64,000 bases of DNA, taken from assembly GCA_000965745.1 (NCBI GenBank), contig CP009479.1:672001-736000 (forward strand), in the 5' to 3' direction. This DNA is from an uncultured archaeon (GTDB taxonomy: Archaea > Thermoplasmatota > Thermoplasmata > Thermoplasmatales > Thermoplasmataceae). The first letter of the stretch is position 1; each line of letters starts with the position of its first letter. The notes under the pieces are model-generated. The model had not been told where the DNA came from. It saw nothing but the letters and a program-made list of their open reading frames with translations, and did no database searches. The position numbers were made by a program, and so were the translations under genes. This document shows positions 54,267 through 64,000 of the stretch, piece by piece.

Positions 54267-55625
54267 TTAATTTCCTGGAACAATAAAATCTTCATTTCCG
54301 GTAAAAATAGACATTTCTTCTAGGAGGTCTGATGATGCTTCCCTGCGTTCTTTGGGACTGGTAGCTATTCCGTCAACTTCAAATTCTTCAACTATCCCTC
54401 TTGTTCCATCCACAACAAGCTTGATCCCATTCTTTAGCACTGCCTTCCTCTTGACGTTGAGGTCCTCAACGTTATCAATCCGTCCATCTGTTACACGGGA
54501 CAGGCCGTCATGTCCAGAACCAAATTCTTCAGAGAATACGACATCTCTTGAAGGAAATGGGATCTTATTACCATTTGACCAAACAGTCAAAAAATCGCGC
54601 ATATCTATTGTAGTCTGATATCCATTTTCTACTTTGAATTTCTTGGACTGAGGGTACTTTATCATTAGTGGGATATTTATTAGAGTGTTATGCAGGAATA
54701 CTCCGTGACCCACAAACTTATTCTCTTTTAATGCCTCACCATGGTCGGAAGTAATCACCAGCAGCGTGTCATCATACAGGTCTTTCTCTTCCAACTTTCG
54801 GACGAGCTTAGACAATTGGGTGTCCATCACTTGGACAGAGTTATGGTAACTTCTCCTATATCTTTGAACTTCTTTACCTTTGAAGGGTCTATCTCCAGTA
54901 TAGTCCTCTATGGTCCTCTTGGTGAGTTTTCTTTCCCATAGCAAAACATTGGAAGGGAGTCTGTCGTGAGGCCCGTGCGACTCCATGAAATTCATGAAGA
55001 CAAAGGATGGTGAGTTTTTGAGATAGGTAGTAGCAGTTTCGACAATATCAGTCCCACCCTTATCCACTGGAAAATTCTTCGCTTTCAATTGTTTTCTAAG
55101 GCTACTGTTGATGGAGAGGATTTTCCTTATTTCGTCAAATTTAAGATTTAAGATAAGGTGCTTCAACGCAGCGCTAGTTTGAGTATCCACATCTCCCAGG
55201 ATATCTTTAATAGATTTCCCGGCTGCAGATATCCACTCGAATGGACCTATCGACAGGCAGTTGTCAAATCCGACATCGAAGCCACTACCTCCTGAAAGGA
55301 GAACATTCGCATGAAGTGAAGTGGTCTCATAACCAGCTGAATACATCCTCTCTGGAAGTGTGTCCTTCATACTATGTGCCCTATCCATGCTCTCCATTAC
55401 ACCTTCTTCCTGCCTTCTGTGGACTCCATGTTCGGAGGGGTATAGTCCAGAAAATATAGACGCATGGGATGGTACTGTCCAAGACGCCGGGGAAATGGCG
55501 TTATCATACAGTACACCATCGTTCGCAATCTTCTTGAAGGCCACAGTACTGTTAATCTGATCGTAGAGTGTGCTCCTCCGCAATGTATCAAGCACAACGA
55601 GAACTATGTTTGGCGGTTCTGTCAC
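54267..55625 (-). CDS. Sulfatase-like (alkaline phosphatase superfamily) hydrolase/transferase
   Basis: PNIVLVVLDTLR, WTVPSHASIFSG, ESHGPH, TSDHGE, GHG. Confidence 0.85.
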   Translation of the reverse strand: MTEPPNIVLVVLDTLRRSTLYDQINSTVAFKKIANDGVLYDNAISPASWTVPSHASIFSGLYPSEHGVHRRQEEGVMESMDRAHSMKDTLPERMYSAGYETTSLHANVLLSGGSGFDVGFDNCLSIGPFEWISAAGKSIKDILGDVDTQTSAALKHLILNLKFDEIRKILSINSSLRKQLKAKNFPVDKGGTDIVETATTYLKNSPSFVFMNFMESHGPHDRLPSNVLLWERKLTKRTIEDYTGDRPFKGKEVQRYRRSYHNSVQVMDTQLSKLVRKLEEKDLYDDTLLVITSDHGEALKENKFVGHGVFLHNTLINIPLMIKYPQSKKFKVENGYQTTIDMRDFLTVWSNGNKIPFPSRDVVFSEEFGSGHDGLSRVTDGRIDNVEDLNVKRKAVLKNGIKLVVDGTRGIVEEFEVDGIATSPKERREASSDLLEEMSIFTGNEDFIVPGN

Positions 55626-56425
55626 ATGTATCCCAAAGCCCGCAGCTTTTCCATCATTCCTTCTTTATCTTGTGATCTGCCAGCCCTTTCCTTTGTTTGG
55701 TCGAGATCCTGCTCCCATGCTGGCTTATCAGAGACCTTCTTTGAATCATGTATCCCATCTATTGAGCGGTAACCTTCGTAATATTTAGGGTGTATGGGCA
55801 ACTTGTTCTTGAAAATGTAATCCCAGATATCCTTCTCAAGCATGGGCAATATTGGCTGAACTCGTACATGGGGTGGCTCATCCCGTGGTGATATGAACAC
55901 CTCACTGCCCCTCGCATCGTTTTCGTCCCACCTAACCCCAGTCAAAAGTGCATCGAATCTGTACCTCTTTATTGTGTTGTTCATAGCGACGGTCTTCAAT
56001 AGGTGGTTTCCCACGTCAGTTTCCAGAGAGTACTCAAATTCACCTCCTTCGAAGCCTATCCTCTTGACCTCTAGCTTGTTTTCCTCATTAAGATCTGCAA
56101 CTTCAATGCTGCCATCCTTAAGACTTTTCAACAGGTCATCATTCCTTGCAAATATTATTTTGAAATTCCAGTCTCGGCTGACCTTATTCAAGATTTCAAG
56201 AGTCTCAGGATAATGGTCACCGTGGTCGATGAATAGAGAGGGCGGCATCTTCATACCTCTGGACTCACAGACAGATCGCACAAGATTCAACACCACAGTG
56301 CTATCCTTTCCGCCACTCCAAACAACAACGGGCCTTCTGTAATGTGAGAATGCGTCTTCAATAACAGCTTCAGCAATTGAGACCTTCGCATCAAGGCTCA
56401 ACAGTAATTCCCTTTTTTCGGTCAT
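55622..56425 (-). CDS. PAPS-reductase family, sulfate adenylyltransferase subunit 2 (CysD)-like
   Basis: SGGKDS, LKT, GVRWDE..R, RVQPI, GYRS, ERAGRSQDKE..LRALGYM. Confidence 0.8.
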   Translation of the reverse strand: MTEKRELLLSLDAKVSIAEAVIEDAFSHYRRPVVVWSGGKDSTVVLNLVRSVCESRGMKMPPSLFIDHGDHYPETLEILNKVSRDWNFKIIFARNDDLLKSLKDGSIEVADLNEENKLEVKRIGFEGGEFEYSLETDVGNHLLKTVAMNNTIKRYRFDALLTGVRWDENDARGSEVFISPRDEPPHVRVQPILPMLEKDIWDYIFKNKLPIHPKYYEGYRSIDGIHDSKKVSDKPAWEQDLDQTKERAGRSQDKEGMMEKLRALGYM

Positions 56426-56537
56426 TCTAAATCCTTAAGGTAGCAAATATAAAAAATTATTTCTGAAGGACGTGTGGTGTTGAAAATCCATGGTAACGAG
56501 AATTTTTAATGGTAGTAAACGTTTATCTACCCGTCTC

Positions 56538-57518
56538 ATGGAAACTTTAGAACAAGTAAATATACGGAGCAGGAGTCCTAGGGTCGTCGTGCTAGTGCTA
56601 AACTGGAACGGCCTTCTGATAAAGTACCAAGATGAACCCATCCTGAAGCAATGTCTGGATAATCTACGCAGCACCAACTACTCCAATCTTGATGTCGTTC
56701 TCGTGGATGCTTCGAGTAGTGACGGATCGAAGGAATATGTAGAACAAAACTTCGAAACAGTACATGTTCTTACTGTAGACAATATCAGTTGGTCCTATAA
56801 CAATAACAGAGGTTTAGAGCACATTTTCGGTAACTTTCCAGATGCCGAATACGTAGTGATGATGAGTAATGACATCATCGCCTATGACAGAAATTGGTTG
56901 AGCAGATTTCTGGACCCCATAGAAGGAAATGATTCCATTGGTATAGCAAGTTGCAAGCTGGTAGATACCGAAGGGCGGACCCAATACACGGGACTTAGGC
57001 TCGCAAAATATGGCGGGTTTGAACCCGTAACTTCCAGAGGAACTGGATTCATCTCTGGGGATGGCTACATTGTTGGAGCATTCTTTTTGATGAATGCGAG
57101 AATGCTCAGAAAAATTGGCTTTTTAGATGAGAGTTATGTTATGATGGGATCGGAGGATACTGATATCTGCGAGAGAGCTAGATTAGCTGGTTACAAGATT
57201 TTTTATGAAGATGATGTGGTTCTGTCACATATCGGGAGTGCTTCCACGTTCTCTTTATCCGATGAGATTGAAGGTAGATGGGACCTTAAGGAACTGAAAT
57301 TCAACATGCGGGTGAACAACTATGTTTTCCTTTTAAGATGGAGAAAAAGCCGGGTACCTTTTTTTCTCCTCTACGACGCTGCAAGCACTATAATCCGGAT
57401 TAAACCTAAAATTCATTTGAATAGGCCACTGTTTTCTGGAATAGTCGAGTCCTTTACATCACTACTTCGAGCTGTACAACTTTATAGGACGACGAAAATT
57501 AAGTTTCCTAAGAACTGA
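56538..57518 (+). CDS. Glycosyltransferase family 2
   Basis: VLNWNG, VDASSSDGS, SND, GFLDE..EDTD. Confidence 0.9.
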   Translation: METLEQVNIRSRSPRVVVLVLNWNGLLIKYQDEPILKQCLDNLRSTNYSNLDVVLVDASSSDGSKEYVEQNFETVHVLTVDNISWSYNNNRGLEHIFGNFPDAEYVVMMSNDIIAYDRNWLSRFLDPIEGNDSIGIASCKLVDTEGRTQYTGLRLAKYGGFEPVTSRGTGFISGDGYIVGAFFLMNARMLRKIGFLDESYVMMGSEDTDICERARLAGYKIFYEDDVVLSHIGSASTFSLSDEIEGRWDLKELKFNMRVNNYVFLLRWRKSRVPFFLLYDAASTIIRIKPKIHLNRPLFSGIVESFTSLLRAVQLYRTTKIKFPKN

Positions 57519-57523
57519 TTGAA

Positions 57524-58267
57524 ATGGAAAAACGTTCATTTGAAATCAACGCTGCAGTTATTTTGGCAGCTGGAAGAGGAAAAAGACTTGAATCACCCTA
57601 CAAAGACTTGCTTCCTAAACCCTTAATTCCGGTAAGGGATAGGCCAATACTCAGTTACGTTATAGATAACATTGTTAGTCTTGGCATCAGTAGAGTTTTT
57701 GTCGTTGTAAATTACAAAGAGCATTTGATCAAAGAATTTATTGAAAATGCATACCCCCATCTGAATGTAACCTTCATAAGACAGGATAAACTTGGTGGAA
57801 TTGCAGAAGCCATACTCCTGACTGAGCCATATCTGCCCAAAGAGCCTTTTATGGTTCATCTAGGCGACGAAATAGATATTGCGGAAAACCTCGGAGAACT
57901 CCTTGAAGTATTTGATGAGAGGAAGGCAAAGGCCGTAACTGGAACGGTGTGTGAAGACGATATGGATGTGATAAAGAGGACGTGCGAACTAAAATTTGAT
58001 CGCGACCTCAAAATAGAGTACATATCCGAAAAGCCCAAAGAACCTATTTCTTCTTATCGTGGAACAGGAGTTTACATTTTTTCTCGTGACATATTTGCCT
58101 ACATTCGTAGAACCCCGGTTTCAGAAAAAAGAAACGAAAAAGAAATCACAGACACCATTGGGATTCTGGCAAGTGAAAACTTTGCGTATGCAGTTCCATT
58201 AAAGGGGAAAAGCTACAATATAAATACAAAGAGTGACTTAATGCGTGCCAAGACTGAGATAACCTGA
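57524..58267 (+). CDS. Sugar-phosphate nucleotidyltransferase (RmlA-like)
   Basis: ILAAGRGKRL..PKPL, LGD, EKP, RNEKEITD. Confidence 0.9.
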   Translation: MEKRSFEINAAVILAAGRGKRLESPYKDLLPKPLIPVRDRPILSYVIDNIVSLGISRVFVVVNYKEHLIKEFIENAYPHLNVTFIRQDKLGGIAEAILLTEPYLPKEPFMVHLGDEIDIAENLGELLEVFDERKAKAVTGTVCEDDMDVIKRTCELKFDRDLKIEYISEKPKEPISSYRGTGVYIFSRDIFAYIRRTPVSEKRNEKEITDTIGILASENFAYAVPLKGKSYNINTKSDLMRAKTEIT

Positions 58268-58282
58268 TAATTTTGGTGCGGA

Positions 58283-59458
58283 ATGATGAACCAGCGCGAT
58301 AAACTAAAGATATCAATAGCCATAAACTCAAATCTCTTACTGGGTGGCGGGGGGGAAAGGACTTTAATAAATTACATCCTCTCAATCCCTGAAAGTTATT
58401 TCGAAATTTTTGATATTCAAATTCTTCAAACAGGTTATTATGACAGGATCAGGCTCAATAGAAGCATAATTGATGACCTCAGGGAAAAAGTGACAATATT
58501 GGACTTTCCTGACTATGAGGAGAGACTAAAAAGGTACAAGGATAGGAACAGTCTATTTTCCATAATCTTGTACCGCGCGTTTCTGCAAAGAATACTAGAA
58601 AGAGGTACAGTTAAACGCCTTAAGAGTCAACTATCAGATAGCGATATAGTCTATCTGTTCCATAACGGGTTCAGCAAATATGTGAGTTCGAATAAAACCG
58701 TCGTTATTGGAACACTGCATGAATGGCAACCAAATACACTATCTTTAGCCGGAAGAATTCAAAATTTTCTTGTGGGGCATAATCTCGTATGGAGAAGAGT
58801 CAACATCTTCCATGCCACCACGCAAAGGGGATTTGAATATCTGCCCAAATGTAAGAAAGAAAATAGTTTTGTCCTTAGAAGCGGCATAGATACGGAGAAT
58901 TTTTGTCTTTTGACTGACGAATCAAACCAACCTCAAATAAAAGTGCTTTATGTCGGGAGAATGCTCCCATGCAAAGGGGCGAATATAGTATTGAAAGCCG
59001 TCAATATGTTGAGGAACTCTGTGGACGTAGAGCTAACAGTGATAGGTTCCGGAGAGATGGAGCAACTTCTGGAACAAGGAAGGTATAACTGGGTAAAACA
59101 CTACCCAAACGTTTCAATACTCGAGCTTGTTAGTTATTACAATTCTTCTGACATTTTCCTTTTTCCATCTCAGTGTGATAATTTTGGCCTTGTCGTCCTT
59201 GAATCTGTAGCATGCGGCTGCTATCCGATACTGGATGAATCGATGAAAGGATTTTTCCCGGACTTAGAAGAACGTGGATATCTTCATTTTGCGAGCCACA
59301 ACTCCGAGGCTGTCTTCAACCGGCTTAAGGAGGCTGCCGATAATATAGGCGCCATAAGAGCAACGAGGGGGGAGGCCTCCGAATACGTGAGAGAACATTA
59401 TAGTTGGAGTAATGTTACCAATGAACTTCTTGGCCAAATAGTATCAAGAATCAACTAA
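58283..59458 (+). CDS. Glycosyltransferase family 4
   Basis: GGGER, YVGR..KG, DNFGLVVLESVACG. Confidence 0.9.
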   Translation: MMNQRDKLKISIAINSNLLLGGGGERTLINYILSIPESYFEIFDIQILQTGYYDRIRLNRSIIDDLREKVTILDFPDYEERLKRYKDRNSLFSIILYRAFLQRILERGTVKRLKSQLSDSDIVYLFHNGFSKYVSSNKTVVIGTLHEWQPNTLSLAGRIQNFLVGHNLVWRRVNIFHATTQRGFEYLPKCKKENSFVLRSGIDTENFCLLTDESNQPQIKVLYVGRMLPCKGANIVLKAVNMLRNSVDVELTVIGSGEMEQLLEQGRYNWVKHYPNVSILELVSYYNSSDIFLFPSQCDNFGLVVLESVACGCYPILDESMKGFFPDLEERGYLHFASHNSEAVFNRLKEAADNIGAIRATRGEASEYVREHYSWSNVTNELLGQIVSRIN

Positions 59459-61341
59459 ACAAACTTTTCCAATGCTGCGGAGTTAACCTTGTACAGGGTC
59501 AGCTCCTTGTACGACTTCACTTCTTGGGTTACATTGTGATCTGACAAGAAATGAATGGCAGTGTGAACATAGGTTTCGGAAGACGATGGTTCATTAATAT
59601 ATTCGTCGACTAAAATATAACTCACATTGTTTTTGATCATCAGATTCGCCCAGTTAGAGCTAACCTCAATAGTGTTGTTCACGTTGACAACTGGATGTGT
59701 TATGTTGAAGTACACGTTCTTGTTTGCGGATGAAATGTAATCACCACCGTAGTTAAACTGGTTAATCAGCTTAACTGGGGAGAAGTAGAGCTGATAAAAA
59801 GATGCGGAACCTGTATAGTTCCAAGCAGTGCTCAAGTATGTCCCTGTCTGTGGTAACAATAGCACTGGTCCATTCTTGGGGATAAGATACGACCTTGCAG
59901 AAGAATAGCCTGCCGGAACATGAAATGTAGTGTTTATGGAAGAGTTGTATGGTTGAGTTTCAGCCTCTCCCGTAAATATTGGCAACATAGAGAAAGATAG
60001 AAGAGCGACTATCACAGCTATCACGGAAAACTTCATGTATCCCCTTCTTTTGAATGATTTTATCCTCCGAGCCCCCCATCCAGATATGAACACAACTGCG
60101 AAAGCTACAAAAGGATAGTAAATCAGTTCAATGTAGAAACTGAAGGAATTCGGCGGAATGAATTGATACCCTTGAGGTGGAAAAGAATTGATGTCCCACC
60201 ACAAGCTTCCCAATGGAGGATTTCCACCCTTATACCAGAAAAACATGATGACTGCTGGCAGCAAGAGTGATGGCAGAACAAGGTTCTTCCTATTCTTAAA
60301 AACAACAGCGAATGATACGATGAATAGAAATGGCCATAGATAAGAGGCTAGGGCAATTGGATTACTCCCGATGTAGAGGACGTGATATGAAGTGTAGGGA
60401 AACAACCAGTTTCCAAATAATCTCAGTGAGTTGTGAATCGTATTAAACTCCCCCGTGTAAAAACCTAAGTATGCATTAGCTGAAGCGCCTGAATCTGCAA
60501 CTCCCATATAGAACGATAAGTTTCTAAAGACGGGGAGAAAGGAATAAAAAGAGAAGATGGAGATTGATATGATTGAGGCTGCAAATTTTTTTGCTGCAGC
60601 CCAAGACCAACCCCGTTCTTTCGGGAATCTCAACTTCCTGACAAGAGCAGACGATAAATATATCATAACGAAGATAAGAGTTTGAATGACTGCTATTCTA
60701 ATGTTATTTGGAAATTTAGGGAGTGATAATGCAAAGCCGACTCCCATAAGAATAAGTGACGGAACCATCCCTAGCAGCGCTCTGCGGTCTGACCTGATCA
60801 CCATGACGGTTCCGATGAAGAATAGCACGGTGAATATCAGATGTGGGCTCACAATATTTCCGGCGAATGAGTATCTGGCTTCTGTTATTGACGAAGGGCC
60901 AACTACATAGAAGAATGAAGAAATTACAGACGCGATTCTAGTGTTTCTTGGGGAAAGTGCATCGAATACAATCAGTCTGGTTAAGTTATAGAAAAGGAAT
61001 AGTATCATAAACATTATCAGAAAAAGTGCAATGTAGTCACCAGCATAAAAGTTGAACCCTCCCAAAACGTTTCCAATGAAGTAAAAGAAAGAGGCAGTGG
61101 TTGGATCTAGGGTAAAATCGTAAACGTTGTAGAAACCAGCGTTATCTCCACCAAAGAATAATCTTCCATGACTGAAAAAAAGCATAAGACCAATGTAGAA
61201 CAGAGATAGAGAGACTGATGAAAGTGTAGCGTTTATCAGTGTTCTCTTGTCTAGTTTGAAATCCTCTTTGATAAAGGTTGAGATGCTGCTTTTAAAACTG
61301 TCGATAGACTTACTTTTAGACTGCATTTTGTTCTCCTTCAA
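59455..61341 (-). CDS. Large polytopic membrane protein, probable GT-C (AftD-like) glycosyltransferase
   Basis: About 12 TMs, GD near the N-terminus, LRLFGNW, KGGNPPLG, VLLLP, NVSYILVD. Confidence 0.65.
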   Translation of the reverse strand: MKENKMQSKSKSIDSFKSSISTFIKEDFKLDKRTLINATLSSVSLSLFYIGLMLFFSHGRLFFGGDNAGFYNVYDFTLDPTTASFFYFIGNVLGGFNFYAGDYIALFLIMFMILFLFYNLTRLIVFDALSPRNTRIASVISSFFYVVGPSSITEARYSFAGNIVSPHLIFTVLFFIGTVMVIRSDRRALLGMVPSLILMGVGFALSLPKFPNNIRIAVIQTLIFVMIYLSSALVRKLRFPKERGWSWAAAKKFAASIISISIFSFYSFLPVFRNLSFYMGVADSGASANAYLGFYTGEFNTIHNSLRLFGNWLFPYTSYHVLYIGSNPIALASYLWPFLFIVSFAVVFKNRKNLVLPSLLLPAVIMFFWYKGGNPPLGSLWWDINSFPPQGYQFIPPNSFSFYIELIYYPFVAFAVVFISGWGARRIKSFKRRGYMKFSVIAVIVALLSFSMLPIFTGEAETQPYNSSINTTFHVPAGYSSARSYLIPKNGPVLLLPQTGTYLSTAWNYTGSASFYQLYFSPVKLINQFNYGGDYISSANKNVYFNITHPVVNVNNTIEVSSNWANLMIKNNVSYILVDEYINEPSSSETYVHTAIHFLSDHNVTQEVKSYKELTLYKVNSAALEKFV

Positions 61342-61454
61342 TCGGCTTCTTCTACTACTTTGGAAGTAATTGATGCCAGATCAAACACTTCTAATCAGTA
61401 TCCGAATGGGCTTCTGTCAAGCTGCTAAATTCATAGAGTGGAGTGTTTTGTCCT

Positions 61455-62546
61455 TCATTCGGACCCTCGTTCACAACCCTTGATGAACATATCCAATATA
61501 CTTTCCATGATCTTTTCCTTATCGTACTTTCGAAATGCTTCTGACTGTATCCTTTTCTTAACATCAAAGTAATTTCCCCTATCCTGTGACCATTTTTTAT
61601 GATGTTTTCGTATTTCAGATTCAATATCAGTTACATTGGGTTTACACTCCGTTATTCCATAAGTTTGGAAAGAGGCTTTTGCGAATTTCCAGGTCGTAAC
61701 AATTGGCAAACCACATGATAAGGCTTCGAGCATAACAAACGGAAAGACGTCTCGGCTCGAAAGAAAGATGAGTAGAGAGGAATTTTGAAGAATTTTGAAC
61801 TTCTCGTACTCTCCCACCCTACCTAAAACCCTTATGTTTGAAACTTTAGACAATGAATTCATTATTGGAATGTAACTCTGAGGAACAGAACCCGCTATGT
61901 CTATGTAAAAACCAGGCTTCTCCTTAAAGAGATTGGATATCTTGATAAGTACGTCTGCACCCTTTCTCTTTTCCACTCTACCTAAAAAGACTATCCTGAA
62001 TTCGTTGGTGTCCATTACATTGCATTTAGCACCGGGGATGAAATTTGGAACAGTAAAAAACCTTTCTTTCGGAAGATTGAATTTACCTTCTACCACCTTG
62101 CTCAGAGCGTGGACAGATAACATTGCCCCCGACACTCTCATGGCAAGTCTAGAAATTGTCTGGAATGAATCTATCCCTAGTTTTCTATTTGAAAGAAAAG
62201 CATCGTGTGTACCGACTATCAACTTGGTCTTGCATTTCATGAGAATTCTGATAGGCTGCATTGAGGTGGTGTATACGATGTCAAAGTTGTCGAGTTCTCT
62301 GTTGTATGGTATCATAGGAGGAAAGAAGTTTAACTTATTAATGTGTTTGAGAAAATTATAAATAAGCGATTTGTAAGCTTTAACGCCGTGATCTCTGGCA
62401 ATTCTCACATCTTCTTCTGAAACCTCAGGCAAAAAGAATGTGACTTTCCATCCTTTTCTTCTTAACCGATCAGCTACCTCGACTGACCAGACCTCAGCAC
62501 CTCCTCTGAATGATAATGGTCCGGGGAGCACAATCGCAACTTTCAT
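61455..62546 (-). CDS. Glycosyltransferase family 4
   Basis: GGAE, FLGRVEKRKG, DVFPFVMLEALSCGLP. Confidence 0.9.
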   Translation of the reverse strand: MKVAIVLPGPLSFRGGAEVWSVEVADRLRRKGWKVTFFLPEVSEEDVRIARDHGVKAYKSLIYNFLKHINKLNFFPPMIPYNRELDNFDIVYTTSMQPIRILMKCKTKLIVGTHDAFLSNRKLGIDSFQTISRLAMRVSGAMLSVHALSKVVEGKFNLPKERFFTVPNFIPGAKCNVMDTNEFRIVFLGRVEKRKGADVLIKISNLFKEKPGFYIDIAGSVPQSYIPIMNSLSKVSNIRVLGRVGEYEKFKILQNSSLLIFLSSRDVFPFVMLEALSCGLPIVTTWKFAKASFQTYGITECKPNVTDIESEIRKHHKKWSQDRGNYFDVKKRIQSEAFRKYDKEKIMESILDMFIKGCERGSE

Positions 62547-62704
62547 TATGCAGTCATATTCTGTCTATTATTAATGATTCCTGCAGAACACCGTATGCAA
62601 CGCACCTTCCACACTCCCCGAGATGAGATAATCTGTTTGCCTGATAAGAAAATAGTATTTTGTAATCTCATAGAAAATTAATAATTGGTCGGGTCAATTC
62701 TGCG

Positions 62705-63222
62705 ATGATAAGAGTGAAAATTCTTTGGCTGTCCCATCGTGATATAAGACACCCGAGAGCCGGTGGTGCAGAACTAACAATATATGAAGTTGGTAAGAGA
62801 CTTGTTGCCGATGGTCATAAAGTAAACTGGATAACTCCTAGACCTATTGCAAGCCCAAAAAAAGAGTTAATTGATGGGATAATAATAAGCAGAATTGGTG
62901 GGAATTTAATTGTGCATGTAGCATCTATAATTTACATTCTAACTATGCGCCAAGATTATGATATCATAATTGATGACATGGGCCATGCAATGCCTTGGTT
63001 TTCAAGACTCATCACTAGAAAACCTGTCATCGTATATTTCAGACACCGGCATTCCAGAACCTTGAAAGGACAGGTGAACAGAATATTGGCGAGTTTTCTT
63101 ACCTTGATGGAGAGGGGGTATAGAATCTTCTATAGAGGATGCGCTTTTGTGACAGAGTCTGAAAGCTCCTTGCAGGATTTGATATCGATGGGAATTCCAG
63201 AAACGAAAATATTTCTTAATCC
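62705..63222 (+). pseudogene. GT4 glycosyltransferase, N-terminal half only, truncated by IS
   Basis: RDIRHPRAGGAE; reading frame runs into the IS end at 63223. Confidence 0.8.
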
Positions 63223-63690
63223 TGTGCTGGCCCCTTAAATAATTGGACAACATTGGCTTATAGTAATAGAAAAGTATATATAGGGGGGTTCTAGGGGGAA
63301 ATGACTCGCAGATACTGGAAAGCGGAAGAGAAACTGGCACTCATCAACGAGATCAAAGAAAGCGGACATGTCGTTGAAACCTGCAGAAAATATTCTGTGG
63401 ATCCATCCATGTTCTACCGTTGGAAACAGGCCTTCGATGCACTAGGCATGGATGGGCTCAGATCCCGTACAAGGTCCTTGGAACCAGGCCTCAGAAAGCT
63501 GAAGAAGGAGAACGAGAGATTGAAGAAGATGCTTGCAGAGAAGGAACTGGAGGTATCACTGCTCCAGGAAGCATATAAAAAAACGAGGAGGAAACCGCGT
63601 TGATCAATGAGTATGCTGGACGTGGGCTCTCAACGACCAGAATCCTGGAACTTCTAAGGATACCACGGAGCACATTCTATCATACAAAAA
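63223..63690 (+). mobile_element. Truncated IS3-type element (left IR, orfA 63301-63603, start of orfB)
   Basis: TGTGCTGGCCCCTTAAAT end; OrfA similar to 38636-38331; A-AAA-AAC slippery site; right boundary approximate. Confidence 0.85.
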
Positions 63691-63726
63691 TTCATATTAC
63701 TTTAAGAATATAAACGTTCGACTATA

Positions 63727-64000
63727 TTGGAATCGCAAAACCTTGCTGCTCAAGAATTTGAGCTTCCTGCTAATGTTTCTATAATCATTCCAGCATACAA
63801 CGAAGAAGAACGGATCGGGCCTGTCCTAAACGAAATCCTGGATTTTTGCAAACTAAATTCCTTGAATTTGCAAGTTATAGTATCCATCGACGGTGATGAC
63901 AGCACTGAGCAGATTGTATCCGATTTGTTTGATGATGGAATGAATACTCTTGCCATCGTAAATAGAAAGAGAATGGGCAAGGGAAGGGCGATCAAAAGAG
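63727..64000 (+). CDS. Glycosyltransferase family 2 (partial, runs off the window end)
   Basis: VSIIIPAYNEEERI..SIDGDDST..GKGRAIK. Confidence 0.85.
   Translation, partial: MESQNLAAQEFELPANVSIIIPAYNEEERIGPVLNEILDFCKLNSLNLQVIVSIDGDDSTEQIVSDLFDDGMNTLAIVNRKRMGKGRAIKR

Overview
Archaeal window, most likely Thermoplasmatales (inferred from gene content and protein style; no rRNA or tRNA seen). Bases 1-24.7 kb are core metabolic genes: glyA, hom, a catabolic-looking cluster (cupin, OsmC, aminotransferase, APC permease, cyclase, SDR, PuuE-like, HpcH aldolase), a cupredoxin-Rieske-cytochrome b operon, OYE, kptA, prs, a pyruvate oxidase-like enzyme, a cation antiporter and AIM24. From about 25 kb it is an AT-richer, IS-dense island. 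The island holds a decayed integrated element (RHH gene, tripartite toxin-antitoxin-like module, integrase remnant) and a large surface-glycan locus (GT2/GT4/GT-C, FkbM, nucleotidyltransferase, CysD-like plus sulfatase-like pair). Nine IS copies plus one IS scar can be delimited, most with inverted repeats and target duplications. Highlights: (1) a complete group II intron with a non-canonical GCACG 5' end, inserted in the ribosome-binding region of an intact IS3-type element; (2) a two-domain cupredoxin with a non-canonical CxxxC/M/M site whose ligand loops are identical over 105 bp; (3) an HTH-coiled-coil gene split by one in-frame TGA, downstream of a GTCCG array with an exact 12-bp period; (4) an in-frame transposase scar inside a membrane-protein gene. 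All calls are by eye; no database searches were run.
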